Source of the DNA: Trueperaceae bacterium
GTDB taxonomy: Bacteria > Deinococcota > Deinococci > Deinococcales > Trueperaceae
Length of the DNA stretch: 64,000 bases
Reading direction: 5' to 3'
NCBI GenBank assembly: GCA_034521815.1
Contig: JAXHLW010000001.1
Location: 224,001 to 288,000, forward strand
Below are positions 48,744-61,612 of the stretch, one piece after another. The position numbers and the translations under genes are program-made. Numbering within the stretch: position 1 is the first letter of the stretch; every line of letters begins with the position of its first letter. The notes below the pieces were generated by a model. The model was not told the origin of the DNA, did no database searches, and saw nothing but the letters and a program-made list of their open reading frames with translations.

Positions 48744-48880
48744 CGGTGCACCGCCGTGGACTGAGGGGCCTAGGATGGCCACCGGCGTCCGGAAGGCGGA
48801 CCCTGGGGCTACCCTCGGCGGGCACCTCCACTGGTCGTTCGACGTTTGTCGTGTATCAAGACCACCTCCTTTCCGTGGTA
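48708..48880 (-). ncRNA. Candidate small RNA / sORF transcript
   Basis: TACACT -10 at 48886-48891, extended SD, TTG ORF 48859..48809, long hairpin, terminator. Confidence 0.5.
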
Positions 48881-48981
48881 CGCGAAGTGTACCCAAGCGG
48901 CGCGGGCGCGGGGTGTGGTGTCGCGCACCGCCTTACGACACATCGGTGCGGGCCCCGAACGGGACGGCTATGCTCTAGGCC

Positions 48982-51054
48982 GTGCTGAGCGTCGCTGAGA
49001 AGCTGATCTTCGTCGTGCTCGCCCTGTTCTCGGTCGCCTTCGCGTACGGCGGGTTCGAGCGTGTCCGCTCCGCGGTGGGTCGCGGGGCTCGCGGCGGCAC
49101 CGACCGGCTTCGCGACCTTCCGGGTCGGGCGGGCGACGCGATCGTGCGGACGCTGGGGCAACGCACCGTGTTTCGCGATCGACCCGGCGTCGCGACGGTC
49201 CACGCCGCGGTGTTCTACGGGTTCGTGTTCTACCTGCTCGTGAATCTCTTCGACGCGGCGCAAGGCCTGGCGCCCCCGTCGTGGACCGGCTGGCTCGGAG
49301 GCGCCTGGGCGGGGCCGTACCGGCTGGCGGCCGACCTGCTCAGCGTGGCGGTCGTGGCCGGCGTGGCGATCCTGTTGTGGCGGCGCTTCATCGCTCGCGA
49401 TCCCGCGCTCCGTCCGGAGGTTCCGCTGCACGACGATGCGGCGTCCGGCGGGATCCGCAGGGACTCGTTGATCGTCGGCGTGTTCATCGTTCTGCACGTG
49501 GGGTTCCGCCTGGCCGGCGAAGGCTTCCTGCTCGCAGCGGAAGGTCATGTCGACGGGTGGCAGCCGTTCGCCAGCCTGCTGGCCGTGGCCGTGGGATTCG
49601 ACCCCTCCAGGATCGTCGGCTGGCACGTCGGCTGGTGGGGCGCGCTGGGGCTGATCCTGGCGTTCCTGCCGTACTTCCCGCGCAGCAAGCATCTTCATCT
49701 GATCGCGGCCCCGGTCAACTTCGCGCTGGAGCGCCGCGGTCCCGACGGCTCGCCCGCGCCCAGCGGCACGCTGGAGCCGATCGACTTCGCCGACGACACG
49801 CTCGAGAGCTTCGGTGCCGAGCGGCTCGAAGATCTTCCCTACGCCCAGATCCTGGACGCCTACGCCTGCATCCAGTGCCACCGCTGCACCGATGCCTGCC
49901 CGGCGCACGTGACGGGAAAGAAGCTCTCGCCCTCCGCGCTGGAGATCAACAAGCGCTACGAGCTGACCCTCGTCGCGGACGACCTCGCGGCGGGGGAGGC
50001 CAGCCCCAGGCCGCTGCTGGCGTTCGCGCTGGACGAGGAGCAGATCTGGGCGTGCACGACCTGCGGCGCCTGCATCGACGCCTGCCCGGTCGGGAACGAG
50101 CCGATGCTGGACATCGTCGACATGCGACGCGAGCGGGTGCTGATGGCGGGCGCGTTCCCGGCGGAGCTCCAGCAGGCGTTCCGCGGCATGGAGCGGACCG
50201 GGAACCCGTGGGGGCTGAGTCAGGATGATCGCCTGGCGTGGGCCGACGGACTGGACGTTCCGACCGTGGAAGACCGCCCCGACTTCGAGGTGCTTTTCTG
50301 GGTCGGCTGCGCGGGGGCGTACGATCCGGCGGCGCAGACGACGACCCGTGCGATGGCGACGATCCTGGACCATGCGGGCGTTCGCTACGCGGTGCTCGGC
50401 AAGAACGAGCGCTGCAGCGGCGACCCCGCTAGACGGGCGGGAAACGAGTACCTGTACTACCAGCTGGCGACCGAGAACGTCGCGGTCTTGGACGATGCCA
50501 TGGCCGGGGGCCTGCTGGACGCGGACGCCCCCAAGCGGATCGTCACGGCCTGCCCGCACTGCTACAACGCCTTGCTGAACGACTACCCGCAGCTCGGCGG
50601 CAGCTACGAGGTGGTGCACCACACGGAGCTTCTCGACGAGCTGGTCGGCGCCGGTCGCCTGCCGCCGCTGGAGCTCGGGAAGGGCACCACGTACCACGAC
50701 CCGTGCTACCTGGGTCGCCACAACGGCGTGTACGAGGCGCCCCGGCGCGTCCTGCGCAGCGGTGGCGGCACCATCGACGAGATGCCGCGCAACCGCGACA
50801 AGAGCTTCTGTTGCGGCGCGGGCGGCGCACAGTTCTGGAAGGAAGAGGCGCCGGGCCGGGAGAAGGTCGCCGATGCCCGCATGCGCGAAGCGACCGCCAC
50901 CGGGGCCACCACGGTCGCCGCGGCCTGCCCGTTCTGCGCGTCGATGCTCGGCTCGTCCGCCGTCGCCGGCGAGGGGGGCGCACCGGAGGTCGTCGACGTC
51001 GCCCAGCTGTACGAGCGCCGACTGACGGAGCTGAAGGAGCGCCTCTCGGCCTGA
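48982..51054 (+). CDS. Membrane Fe-S oxidoreductase (FadF/HdrD-like, two CCG domains)
   Basis: N-terminal TMs with SKHLH; CIQCHRCTDACP; CTTCGACIDACP; WVGC; TACPHC; YHDPCYLGR; FCCGAGG. Confidence 0.9.
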   Translation: MLSVAEKLIFVVLALFSVAFAYGGFERVRSAVGRGARGGTDRLRDLPGRAGDAIVRTLGQRTVFRDRPGVATVHAAVFYGFVFYLLVNLFDAAQGLAPPSWTGWLGGAWAGPYRLAADLLSVAVVAGVAILLWRRFIARDPALRPEVPLHDDAASGGIRRDSLIVGVFIVLHVGFRLAGEGFLLAAEGHVDGWQPFASLLAVAVGFDPSRIVGWHVGWWGALGLILAFLPYFPRSKHLHLIAAPVNFALERRGPDGSPAPSGTLEPIDFADDTLESFGAERLEDLPYAQILDAYACIQCHRCTDACPAHVTGKKLSPSALEINKRYELTLVADDLAAGEASPRPLLAFALDEEQIWACTTCGACIDACPVGNEPMLDIVDMRRERVLMAGAFPAELQQAFRGMERTGNPWGLSQDDRLAWADGLDVPTVEDRPDFEVLFWVGCAGAYDPAAQTTTRAMATILDHAGVRYAVLGKNERCSGDPARRAGNEYLYYQLATENVAVLDDAMAGGLLDADAPKRIVTACPHCYNALLNDYPQLGGSYEVVHHTELLDELVGAGRLPPLELGKGTTYHDPCYLGRHNGVYEAPRRVLRSGGGTIDEMPRNRDKSFCCGAGGAQFWKEEAPGREKVADARMREATATGATTVAAACPFCASMLGSSAVAGEGGAPEVVDVAQLYERRLTELKERLSA

Positions 51055-51119
51055 TCGGGCGGCGCGTCGCGCGTGAGAGGCGACGCGCCGTCGTCCGCCA
51101 TACGGCTATGCTCGGCGCC

Positions 51120-51722
51120 ATGCCGGCAGCGCTCCGATCCATCGCCGTCGCGCTCGTGCTCGTGGTCGCCGGTGCCGGCGCCTACCAGGCCGGTCGCTGG
51201 CTCGCCCCGCCTCCCGAGCGGGTGGGCACCGTGCTCCAGAATCCGCAGGACGTATCCGACCTGGAGCTCACCCTCGCAGCCGATGGCAGCCGAATCGTCT
51301 TCGGCGACCTGGCCGCGCGGTCGAGCTGGACGCTCGTGTTCTTCGGGTTCGTGGACTGTCCCGACGTGTGCCCGTTGACGATGGCGCGTCTCGCGGAGAC
51401 GTACCGGAACCTGGGCGAGCCCGAGGGGCTCCAGGTCGTGATGATCACCGTCGATCCCGAGCAGGACGACGCCGAGCGGCTACGCCGCTACGTGAGCGCG
51501 TTCCACCCGGCGTTCGACGGCCTGGGCGGGACCACGGAGGACATCGCCGCGGCAGCGAAGCGGTTCTTCATCGGCTATTCGGGAACGGGGACCGAGATCG
51601 TCCACACCGAGGCGGTGGGCCTGGTGGACGATACGGGCCGATTGCGAGCCGTGTACGGTCAAGGGAAGGTGGGAGCGATCGGGGACGATCTGGCGGACCT
51701 GCTGGCCGGCGAGCGCTTGTAG
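51120..51722 (+). CDS. SCO1/SenC copper chaperone
   Basis: N-terminal anchor, FFGFVDCPDVCP, ITVDPEQD, conserved His (IVHT). Confidence 0.92.
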   Translation: MPAALRSIAVALVLVVAGAGAYQAGRWLAPPPERVGTVLQNPQDVSDLELTLAADGSRIVFGDLAARSSWTLVFFGFVDCPDVCPLTMARLAETYRNLGEPEGLQVVMITVDPEQDDAERLRRYVSAFHPAFDGLGGTTEDIAAAAKRFFIGYSGTGTEIVHTEAVGLVDDTGRLRAVYGQGKVGAIGDDLADLLAGERL

Positions 51723-51777
51723 GTGCGCGCCCGCCGGAGGTCCAGGGTTCAGGAACGTTCAGGAACGTTCAGCGACG

Positions 51778-52041
51778 TCAGGCCATGTCCGCGAGAAGCT
51801 GATACAGCGCGCGGCGGTCCTTGGCGTCGATCTCGAGCCGGGTGCTGGGACCCGTGACGGCCAGACGCTCGCTGCCTCCGCGCGGTCGAACGGTGTAGAT
51901 CGCGACGGTCTCGTCGCCGACGCGTCCGAGCACCGAACGGAAGCTGGGTCGATCGTGCACGACGCGGTCCGCCATGGTGCGAACGGTCTGCGCGTCGCGG
52001 GCGTCGATCTCGGTGGCGATGTCGCCGATTCGGATCGTCAT
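51778..52041 (-). CDS. Hypothetical protein (87 aa)
   Basis: SD GAGGTG; internal repeat EIDARD/EIDAKD; GC3-rich. Confidence 0.65.
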   Translation of the reverse strand: MTIRIGDIATEIDARDAQTVRTMADRVVHDRPSFRSVLGRVGDETVAIYTVRPRGGSERLAVTGPSTRLEIDAKDRRALYQLLADMA

Positions 52042-52350
52042 TGCAGTCACCTCGAGACGCTGGATTCCACTCCGACGGGGTCGTCTTGGACGGGGTCGTC
52101 GTGGGGCGTCTCACGGGCAGCCTAGACCGGCGCGTCAGGGACATGTGTTCCGGGAACACATCGAGGCCCCTCCGCGCCGACGAATCCCAGGTCGTGCGCT
52201 CGTGACGATAGCGAAGCGAAGGCGATCCGCATCTGTCGCCGTCGAAACGTAAGGAAATCGTCGAAGCGAGGCCGATAAGACACGGCCTCCGAGGGCACGA
52301 AAGACGACAATACCCGGAAACCCCGACAGGGACGGGGTCGACCGCACCTC

Positions 52351-53645
52351 TTAGCGCGCGTCGTCGCGGCGGAACACCTCGCGTCCAGCGACCCAGGTGC
52401 GCATCGGCCAGCCGCGTAGCGTCTGACCGTCCCAAGGCCCGAACTTCGCCTTCGAGAGGAACCGGCCGGGATCCACCGTACGAGCCGTGTCCAGATCGAG
52501 AAGGACGACGTCGGCCGGGGCGCCTTCGGCGAGCGACGGAGCCGGCCAGCCCATCACGTCGGCCGGACCGTCCTGCAGAAGCCGCAGAAGCTCCGGAAGC
52601 GCCACCACGCCGCCCAGCACCAGCGCCTCGTACAGCACCGGGAACGCCACCTCGATGTGCGCGATGCCGAACGGCGCGCTCAGCAGGTCGCGCTGCTTCT
52701 CCTCGCGGGTGTGCGGGGCGTGATCCGTGCCCAGGCAGTCGACCAGGCCCGAGCGGATCCCGTCGCGCAGCGCCTGCACGTCGTCCGCGGTGCGCAGCGG
52801 CGGCGCGACCTTGAAGACCGGGTCGAACGACGCCAGCGCCTCGTCCGTGAGGGTGAGATGGTGGGGCGTGACCTCGCACGTCACCGACACGCCCTTCTCC
52901 TTGAAGAACGCGACGACGTCCAGCGCGGCGCGGCAGCTGACGTGGGCGATGTGGACGCGCGCCCCCGTCAGGCGAGCGATCTCGGCGTCGCGATAGGTCA
53001 TCGCCGCCTCGGCGGCCCGCGGGTTGCCGGGCAGGCCCAAGCGCTCGCTGACCGCCCCTTCGTTCATCACCCCGTCGCCGCGCAACGTCGGATCCTCGGA
53101 GTGGGTCTGCACGACCAGGTCCAGGTCGCGCGCCCACTCGCAGGCGCGCCGCATGAGCTCGCCGTCCACGACCGGAATGCCGTCGTCGGTCAGCATCACC
53201 GCGCCCGCCTCCGCCAGGGCCGCGGCGTCGGTCAGCCGTTCCCCCCGCAGCCCCATCGACAGCGCTGCCGCCGGGCGCAGCCGTGTGCCCCCCAGCCGCT
53301 CCGCCTTCTCGATCAGCGAACGGACCAGGCCGGGCTCGTCCACGACCGGGTCGGTGTTGGCCATCGAGACGACCGTTCCGTAGCCGCCGGCCGCGGCGGC
53401 GGCCAGACCCGAGACGAGATCCTCCTTGACCTCGAATCCCGGCTCGCGGAGGTGCACGTGCGGGTCGATGAAGGCGGCCGTCGCCACCAGGCCCGTCGCG
53501 TCCACCTCGTGATCGACCGGGCCTCGCGGCTCGGCGCCCTCGATCCGGCCGTCCGCGAGGACCAGGTCGCCCGTGCCGATCTCGCCGTCCGAGGTGACGA
53601 TCGTCGCTCCGCGGATCCACGTCCGAGGCGCTGTTCGTGGGTCGT

Positions 53646-53649
<4 letters not shown>
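52351..53649 (-). CDS. pyrC: Dihydroorotase
   Basis: IDPHVHLREPG, MANTDP, HSED, HIAHVS, EVTPHHL, KVAPPLR, TDHAPH. Confidence 0.95.
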
Positions 53650-56453
<2,804 letters not shown>

Positions 56454-56501
56454 GACATCCTCCTTCGTGCCGTGGAGGACGTGACGTCGCGAGCCCGCAC
56501 G

Positions 56502-56536
56502 AAAACGCCGTCCTGACGCGAAGGCGTCGGACGGCG
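56502..56536 (-). terminator. Attenuator terminator in pyr leader
   Basis: Minus strand CGCCGTCC-GACGC-CTTC-GCGTC-A-GGACGGCG-TTTT. Confidence 0.7.
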
Positions 56537-56596
56537 CATGTTGTCGTACGTGGTGGTGCCGAAGGGCGGCACGGTCGCGCGAAAGTCACGGTCGCT

Positions 56597-56630
56597 CCTT
56601 CCCGGCCTCACGGGACCGGATTAAAGGCTG
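56597..56630 (-). promoter_or_regulatory. PyrR-binding RNA loop
   Basis: CCUUUAAUCCGGUCCCGUGAGGCCGGGAAGG matches the PyrR consensus. Promoter TTGCCA-N18-TACGCT at 56665-56636. Confidence 0.88.
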
Positions 56631-56679
56631 CGAGGAGCGTACCGTCGTCGCGGCGCCGATGGCAAGAGGCGGCCACGCT

Positions 56680-56710
56680 TAAGGAAGCGCTAAGGCTGCG
56701 CAGGCATCAT
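56680..56710 (+). promoter_or_regulatory. Putative OmpR-family direct-repeat box plus -10
   Basis: TAAGG at 56680 and 56691 (11-nt period); CATCAT at 56705-56710; SD GGAGG before 56731. Confidence 0.45.
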
Positions 56711-56730
56711 GGTCATCGGAGGTAGACACC

Positions 56731-57379
<649 letters not shown>

Positions 57380-57465
57380 AGACGCCACCCAGGAGCTTCG
57401 CCGGTAGGTGGGGCTTGCATCGTGGAGCGCCGAGGCGCGCTCCACGATCGTAGGATGAGGACACC

Positions 57466-58212
57466 GTGAACCGAGGACCCGGATTCCCGCGCCTTCGAGG
57501 CAGCCCACCACGAGCCGTCGTGCTCGTGGTGAGCCTCTTGCTCGTACTCGCGCTCGCGAGTGCTTTGGGGCAAGGCGGTCCCGGCACCGTGGAGGTCGCA
57601 TCGATCCCCGACGGTGCGGAGGCTGTCGTGACCGATAGGCTCGGACGAAGGCTCGTCGGCTATGGGCGCGTCGCGGACGGCACGCTACGGCTGTCCGTCG
57701 TCGGACGCGACGAGGTCGACGCCCTCGTGCTGGTTCTGATCACGCCCGACGGCACCTTCTCTCGACTGGAGGGTCGACTCACGGACAGCGGGATCACGGT
57801 GCGAGACGGGGCGTCGGAGCGCTCGCTGGACGAGTGGCTCGCGCTGCGGAGCGTGACGCTCGTGCTCGATCGCGACGGCGGCCGGGACGACGATGCGGAT
57901 GACGATCGCGACGACGATCAGGATGACGATCGTGGTGACGGCGGCCGGGACGACGATCGCGACGATGACGACCGGGACGACGACGATCGCGACGACGGAC
58001 GACGACGACGATGGCGCGACGACGATCAGGATGACGATCGTGGCGACGAAGACGATGACGACGCGGAGGATGACGACGACGTAGACGTCGACGAAGACGA
58101 CGACGATGATAGAGACGACGACCCGAATGATGACGAAGACGCCGACGATGACGACGACGACGATGACGACGACGACGATGACGACGATGACGACGACGAT
58201 GCGGACGACTGA
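57466..58212 (+). CDS. Secreted protein with Asp-rich tail, paralogue of the upstream gene
   Basis: Signal peptide ...ASALG-Q; shared VGYG-x3-DG-x-L motif; about 110-aa Asp-rich C-terminus. Confidence 0.75.
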   Translation: MNRGPGFPRLRGSPPRAVVLVVSLLLVLALASALGQGGPGTVEVASIPDGAEAVVTDRLGRRLVGYGRVADGTLRLSVVGRDEVDALVLVLITPDGTFSRLEGRLTDSGITVRDGASERSLDEWLALRSVTLVLDRDGGRDDDADDDRDDDQDDDRGDGGRDDDRDDDDRDDDDRDDGRRRRWRDDDQDDDRGDEDDDDAEDDDDVDVDEDDDDDRDDDPNDDEDADDDDDDDDDDDDDDDDDDDADD

Positions 58213-58225
58213 GCGGACCGCGACG

Positions 58226-58921
58226 ATGGATCCCCCCGACCTCTCCCGCACCGCCCGTGCAGCCGCTCGGATTCTCGTCGTGGAGGACGACGCTCGGCTG
58301 CGGTCGCTACTGGAGCAGGAGCTCGCTACCGACGGACACGTCGTGGTCGCGGTGGGCACGGCCGGCGAAGGTCTCTACCGGGCAGAGGAGGAGCCGTACG
58401 ACCTCCTCGTCCTCGATCTGAGCCTTCCTGACGGCGACGGGCTCGAGGTGGCGGAGCGCCTGCGTGACCGACGCGACGTGCCGATCCTCATGCTGACCGC
58501 GCGGGCGGACGTCGACAGTCGCGTCCGAGGCCTGTACGCGGGCGCGGCCGACTACATGACCAAGCCGTTCAGCGTCCCGGAGCTGCTCGCGCGGGTCCAC
58601 GCGCGCCTCCGCGAACGCCTGAAGCCAGAACGGCCCCGTCACCGCGATCTCGAGCTCGATCCCAGCGCGTCGGTGGCACGGGGGCCGGGCGGCGAGGCGA
58701 TCCTGCCCGAGAGCGAGTTCGCGCTGCTGCGCATGCTCGTCGAGCATCCTGGTCGTCTGTTCACCCGCGACGAGATCGAGCGCAGGCTGTACGTCGCAAG
58801 CGAGCGACCGGGCAGCAACACCGTCGAAGTGTTCGTGCATCACGTGCGACGCAAGCTCGAGCAGCTGGACGCGGAGCCTCGTATCCGAACCGTGCGCGGC
58901 AAGGGGTACATGCTCCGGTGA
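58226..58921 (+). CDS. OmpR/PhoB family response regulator
   Basis: ILVVEDD, LDLSLPDGDG, MLTAR, KPF, SNTVEVFV, IRTVRGKGY. Confidence 0.95.
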   Translation: MDPPDLSRTARAAARILVVEDDARLRSLLEQELATDGHVVVAVGTAGEGLYRAEEEPYDLLVLDLSLPDGDGLEVAERLRDRRDVPILMLTARADVDSRVRGLYAGAADYMTKPFSVPELLARVHARLRERLKPERPRHRDLELDPSASVARGPGGEAILPESEFALLRMLVEHPGRLFTRDEIERRLYVASERPGSNTVEVFVHHVRRKLEQLDAEPRIRTVRGKGYMLR

Positions 58922-58952
58922 GCTCCGGCGATCGGCGTGAGCGAGCCCGACC

Positions 58953-60296
58953 GTGCTGAGGGTCAGGCTGGGGTTGCTGGTCGCCGGCAGCCTGCTCGTC
59001 GCGTTGGCGGCGTTCGCCGTCGTCGTCGACGCCTCGTTCGTGCGTCAACAGCGTGCCCAGCTCGACGCGCTCGTCGTTCGCGAGCTACGCCGGGTGGAGA
59101 CGCTGGTCCAGCGGTCGGAGCTAGGAGCCACCTTCCTGGGCGAGGAGGCCGACCTGGTGCTTCAGTTCGTGGACGCCGAGGGCACCGTGCAGCTTCCGGT
59201 TGATGCCGGCCAGGTCCTGCCGCTGCGGACCGGTCCGGACCTGGTCCGACGAGACGGCGGTAGCGAATGGCTGGTCGCCAGCGGCCCCTGGCGACTCCCT
59301 AGCGGTCTGGAGGCGGGAACGATTCGACTCGGGCTGAGCTTCGAGCCCGTGCTCGCGGCCAGGCGGACGCTGTGGCGCGCGATGGCGACGGCCGGGGCGG
59401 CGCTGGCCGTGGCAGCGACGGTGTTCGCCCTCGCGCTTCTCCAGCGCGCCTTGGAGCCGCTGCAGCGCTTGGTTCGGGACGCGGACGCGATCGACCCGTC
59501 GCGGCCGGAGCTGGTGGCAGGGCTGCGCAGCGCCGAGCGCGAGGACGAGGTGGGCCGCCTCGCACGCGCTCTGGAGCGGGCGATGCAGGCGATCCGTGAT
59601 CGCCAGCAGGCCGAGCGCGACGCACTGGCCGAGGTCGCGCACGAGCTGGCTGCGCCGCTGTCGGTCGTCGCTGGGCGGCTGCGCGCCGTCGAGGTCCGCG
59701 ACCCCTCCGCCGAGATCCGGTCGGCCCGCGAGGCGGCGGACGAGCTGCTTCACACGAGTCGCGACCTGCTGACGTTGGCCCGGGGCGAGCTGGAGCGGCC
59801 CATGGACCTCGAGGCCGTCGACCTGGCCGACCTCGTCCGCGGCGTCGCCTCGGAGATGCCGCCGGCCCGGGTCGTGGCGTCGGGCGAGACCGAGCTGCTC
59901 GGAAGCCCCGAGCGATTGCGGCAGGCCGTCAGGAATCTGCTCAGGAACGCGTTCCAAGCGGGCGGCGACCCGCGCGAGGTGCGCGCCGAGCTGAAGGCGC
60001 AGGGCGCGGAGATCGTGCTAGAGGTGCTCGACCGGGGTGTAGGCCTGACCGCCGGAGACGAAGAGCGCATCTTCGAGCGACACGTCAGCGGGCGGACCGG
60101 AGGCTCCGGTTTGGGACTGGCGGTCGCGCGCGCCGTGGTCGACGCGCACGACGGTTCGCTCCGGGCCGAGCGTCGCGCGGGCGGCGGCACCCGGTTCGTC
60201 GCTCGCTTTCCCACGCTCGAGGCTCGTCTGGAGACGGAGCCCGTCGTTCCCGAGCCCGAAGCGAGCGGCAGTCCGAGAGGCGCCGAGCCGTGGTAG
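58953..60296 (+). CDS. HAMP-domain sensor histidine kinase
   Basis: Two TMs, DEVGRLA, VAHELAAPL, NLLRNA, DRGVGL, GSGLGLAV. Confidence 0.93.
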   Translation: MLRVRLGLLVAGSLLVALAAFAVVVDASFVRQQRAQLDALVVRELRRVETLVQRSELGATFLGEEADLVLQFVDAEGTVQLPVDAGQVLPLRTGPDLVRRDGGSEWLVASGPWRLPSGLEAGTIRLGLSFEPVLAARRTLWRAMATAGAALAVAATVFALALLQRALEPLQRLVRDADAIDPSRPELVAGLRSAEREDEVGRLARALERAMQAIRDRQQAERDALAEVAHELAAPLSVVAGRLRAVEVRDPSAEIRSAREAADELLHTSRDLLTLARGELERPMDLEAVDLADLVRGVASEMPPARVVASGETELLGSPERLRQAVRNLLRNAFQAGGDPREVRAELKAQGAEIVLEVLDRGVGLTAGDEERIFERHVSGRTGGSGLGLAVARAVVDAHDGSLRAERRAGGGTRFVARFPTLEARLETEPVVPEPEASGSPRGAEPW

Positions 60297-60469
60297 CGTC
60301 CGACCACGGACGAACCGCACCCGTACCGTGTTCGGCGTACGGCTCTTGGGAGGTGCCATGCGACTGACGTTTCTCGGACACGCCGCGGCGCGCGCCGCCT
60401 CGGACACCGTTGCGTGGCGCGACGTTCTCGCGCCCGGCGAGACGATGGACCTTTAGAAGGGGTTCGCTC

Positions 60470-61486
60470 GTGGCCGAGCGCGACGACGCGCCCCGTACCC
60501 CCATCGGTTACCGCCCCTCGCACCGCCTCGGTGCAGGGCGTACGGCGATCGTGTACCTCGCCGAGCACGATACGTTCGGCCGGGTCGCGTTGAAGCTTCC
60601 TAGGCCCGAGCTGTCGGAGCGGCCGTTGTTGCGGCGCATGTTCGAGAACGAGGTGATGATCACCCTTCGCCTCGATCATCCCAGCGTCGTGAAGGCCTTG
60701 GCGGGGCACCCCACCGGCGAGAGGGCGTTCTTGGCGCTCGAGATCTGTCCGGGCGGCACCTTGGACCAGCTGCTGCTGGAGCGTGGGCGGCTGCCGCTCG
60801 CGAAAGCCGTGCAGCTCGTCGAGGACGTCGCGGTCGGGCTGGCGTACACGCACGTCGCCAAGGTTCTGCACCGCGACGTCAAGCCCGCGAACGTGTTCCT
60901 GTCCGATGCCGGCCGAGCGAAGCTGGGCGACTTCGGAACCGGGACGTTCATGGCCGAGGAGAGCGGCGACCGCGTGGGGACGGCGTTCTACATGGCGCCC
61001 GAGATCTTCGAAGGCGCGCCGGCGTCGGTGCGCAGCGACGTCTACAGCCTGGGCGTGCTGGCGTTCGAGGTGCTGACCGGCGAACGGCCGTTCAAGGGGG
61101 ACACCTACGATGCGTTGATGCACGCGCACATGACCGGACTCGTTCGAGATCCCCGGTCGCTGCGCGACGGCCTTTCCAGCGATCTCGCCCAGGTGGTCCG
61201 GACGGCGCTGGTCCGTCTGCCGGAGCGGCGTTTCGCGAGCGTGGCGGCGTTCCTGAAGGCGTTGCGCGAGGCGACGCCGGAGGGCCGCGAGCCGGAGGCC
61301 CAGGCGCCGCCGGATGGGCGAGCCCAGGTGGGCCGCTCGTCCCGCATGCGTCAGGACGACCGGGTCGCGGGCGGTGCTCCGGTCGATCCGTCCAACGACG
61401 TGGACGCGGAGGACGCGGACGAGTCCGCGTCCGTACCGTGGTGGCGGCGCTTTCTGGGCGGCGGCAGCGACGAGCCGTCATCCTGA
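60470..61486 (+). CDS. Soluble Hanks-type Ser/Thr protein kinase
   Basis: LGAGRTAIVY, VALK, HRDVKPAN, DFG, GTAFYMAPE, SDVYSLG; no TM. Confidence 0.92.
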   Translation: MAERDDAPRTPIGYRPSHRLGAGRTAIVYLAEHDTFGRVALKLPRPELSERPLLRRMFENEVMITLRLDHPSVVKALAGHPTGERAFLALEICPGGTLDQLLLERGRLPLAKAVQLVEDVAVGLAYTHVAKVLHRDVKPANVFLSDAGRAKLGDFGTGTFMAEESGDRVGTAFYMAPEIFEGAPASVRSDVYSLGVLAFEVLTGERPFKGDTYDALMHAHMTGLVRDPRSLRDGLSSDLAQVVRTALVRLPERRFASVAAFLKALREATPEGREPEAQAPPDGRAQVGRSSRMRQDDRVAGGAPVDPSNDVDAEDADESASVPWWRRFLGGGSDEPSS

Positions 61487-61612
61487 CCGGCTCACTACAC
61501 ATTCTGCGCTCCATGCTGATATCATCAAAGTCGGAACGAGTCCGAAGACGGGATCGTCTCGGACCCAGATGAAGACTCCACACGAACGACTCCACACGAA
61601 CGAGGTGTTGCC

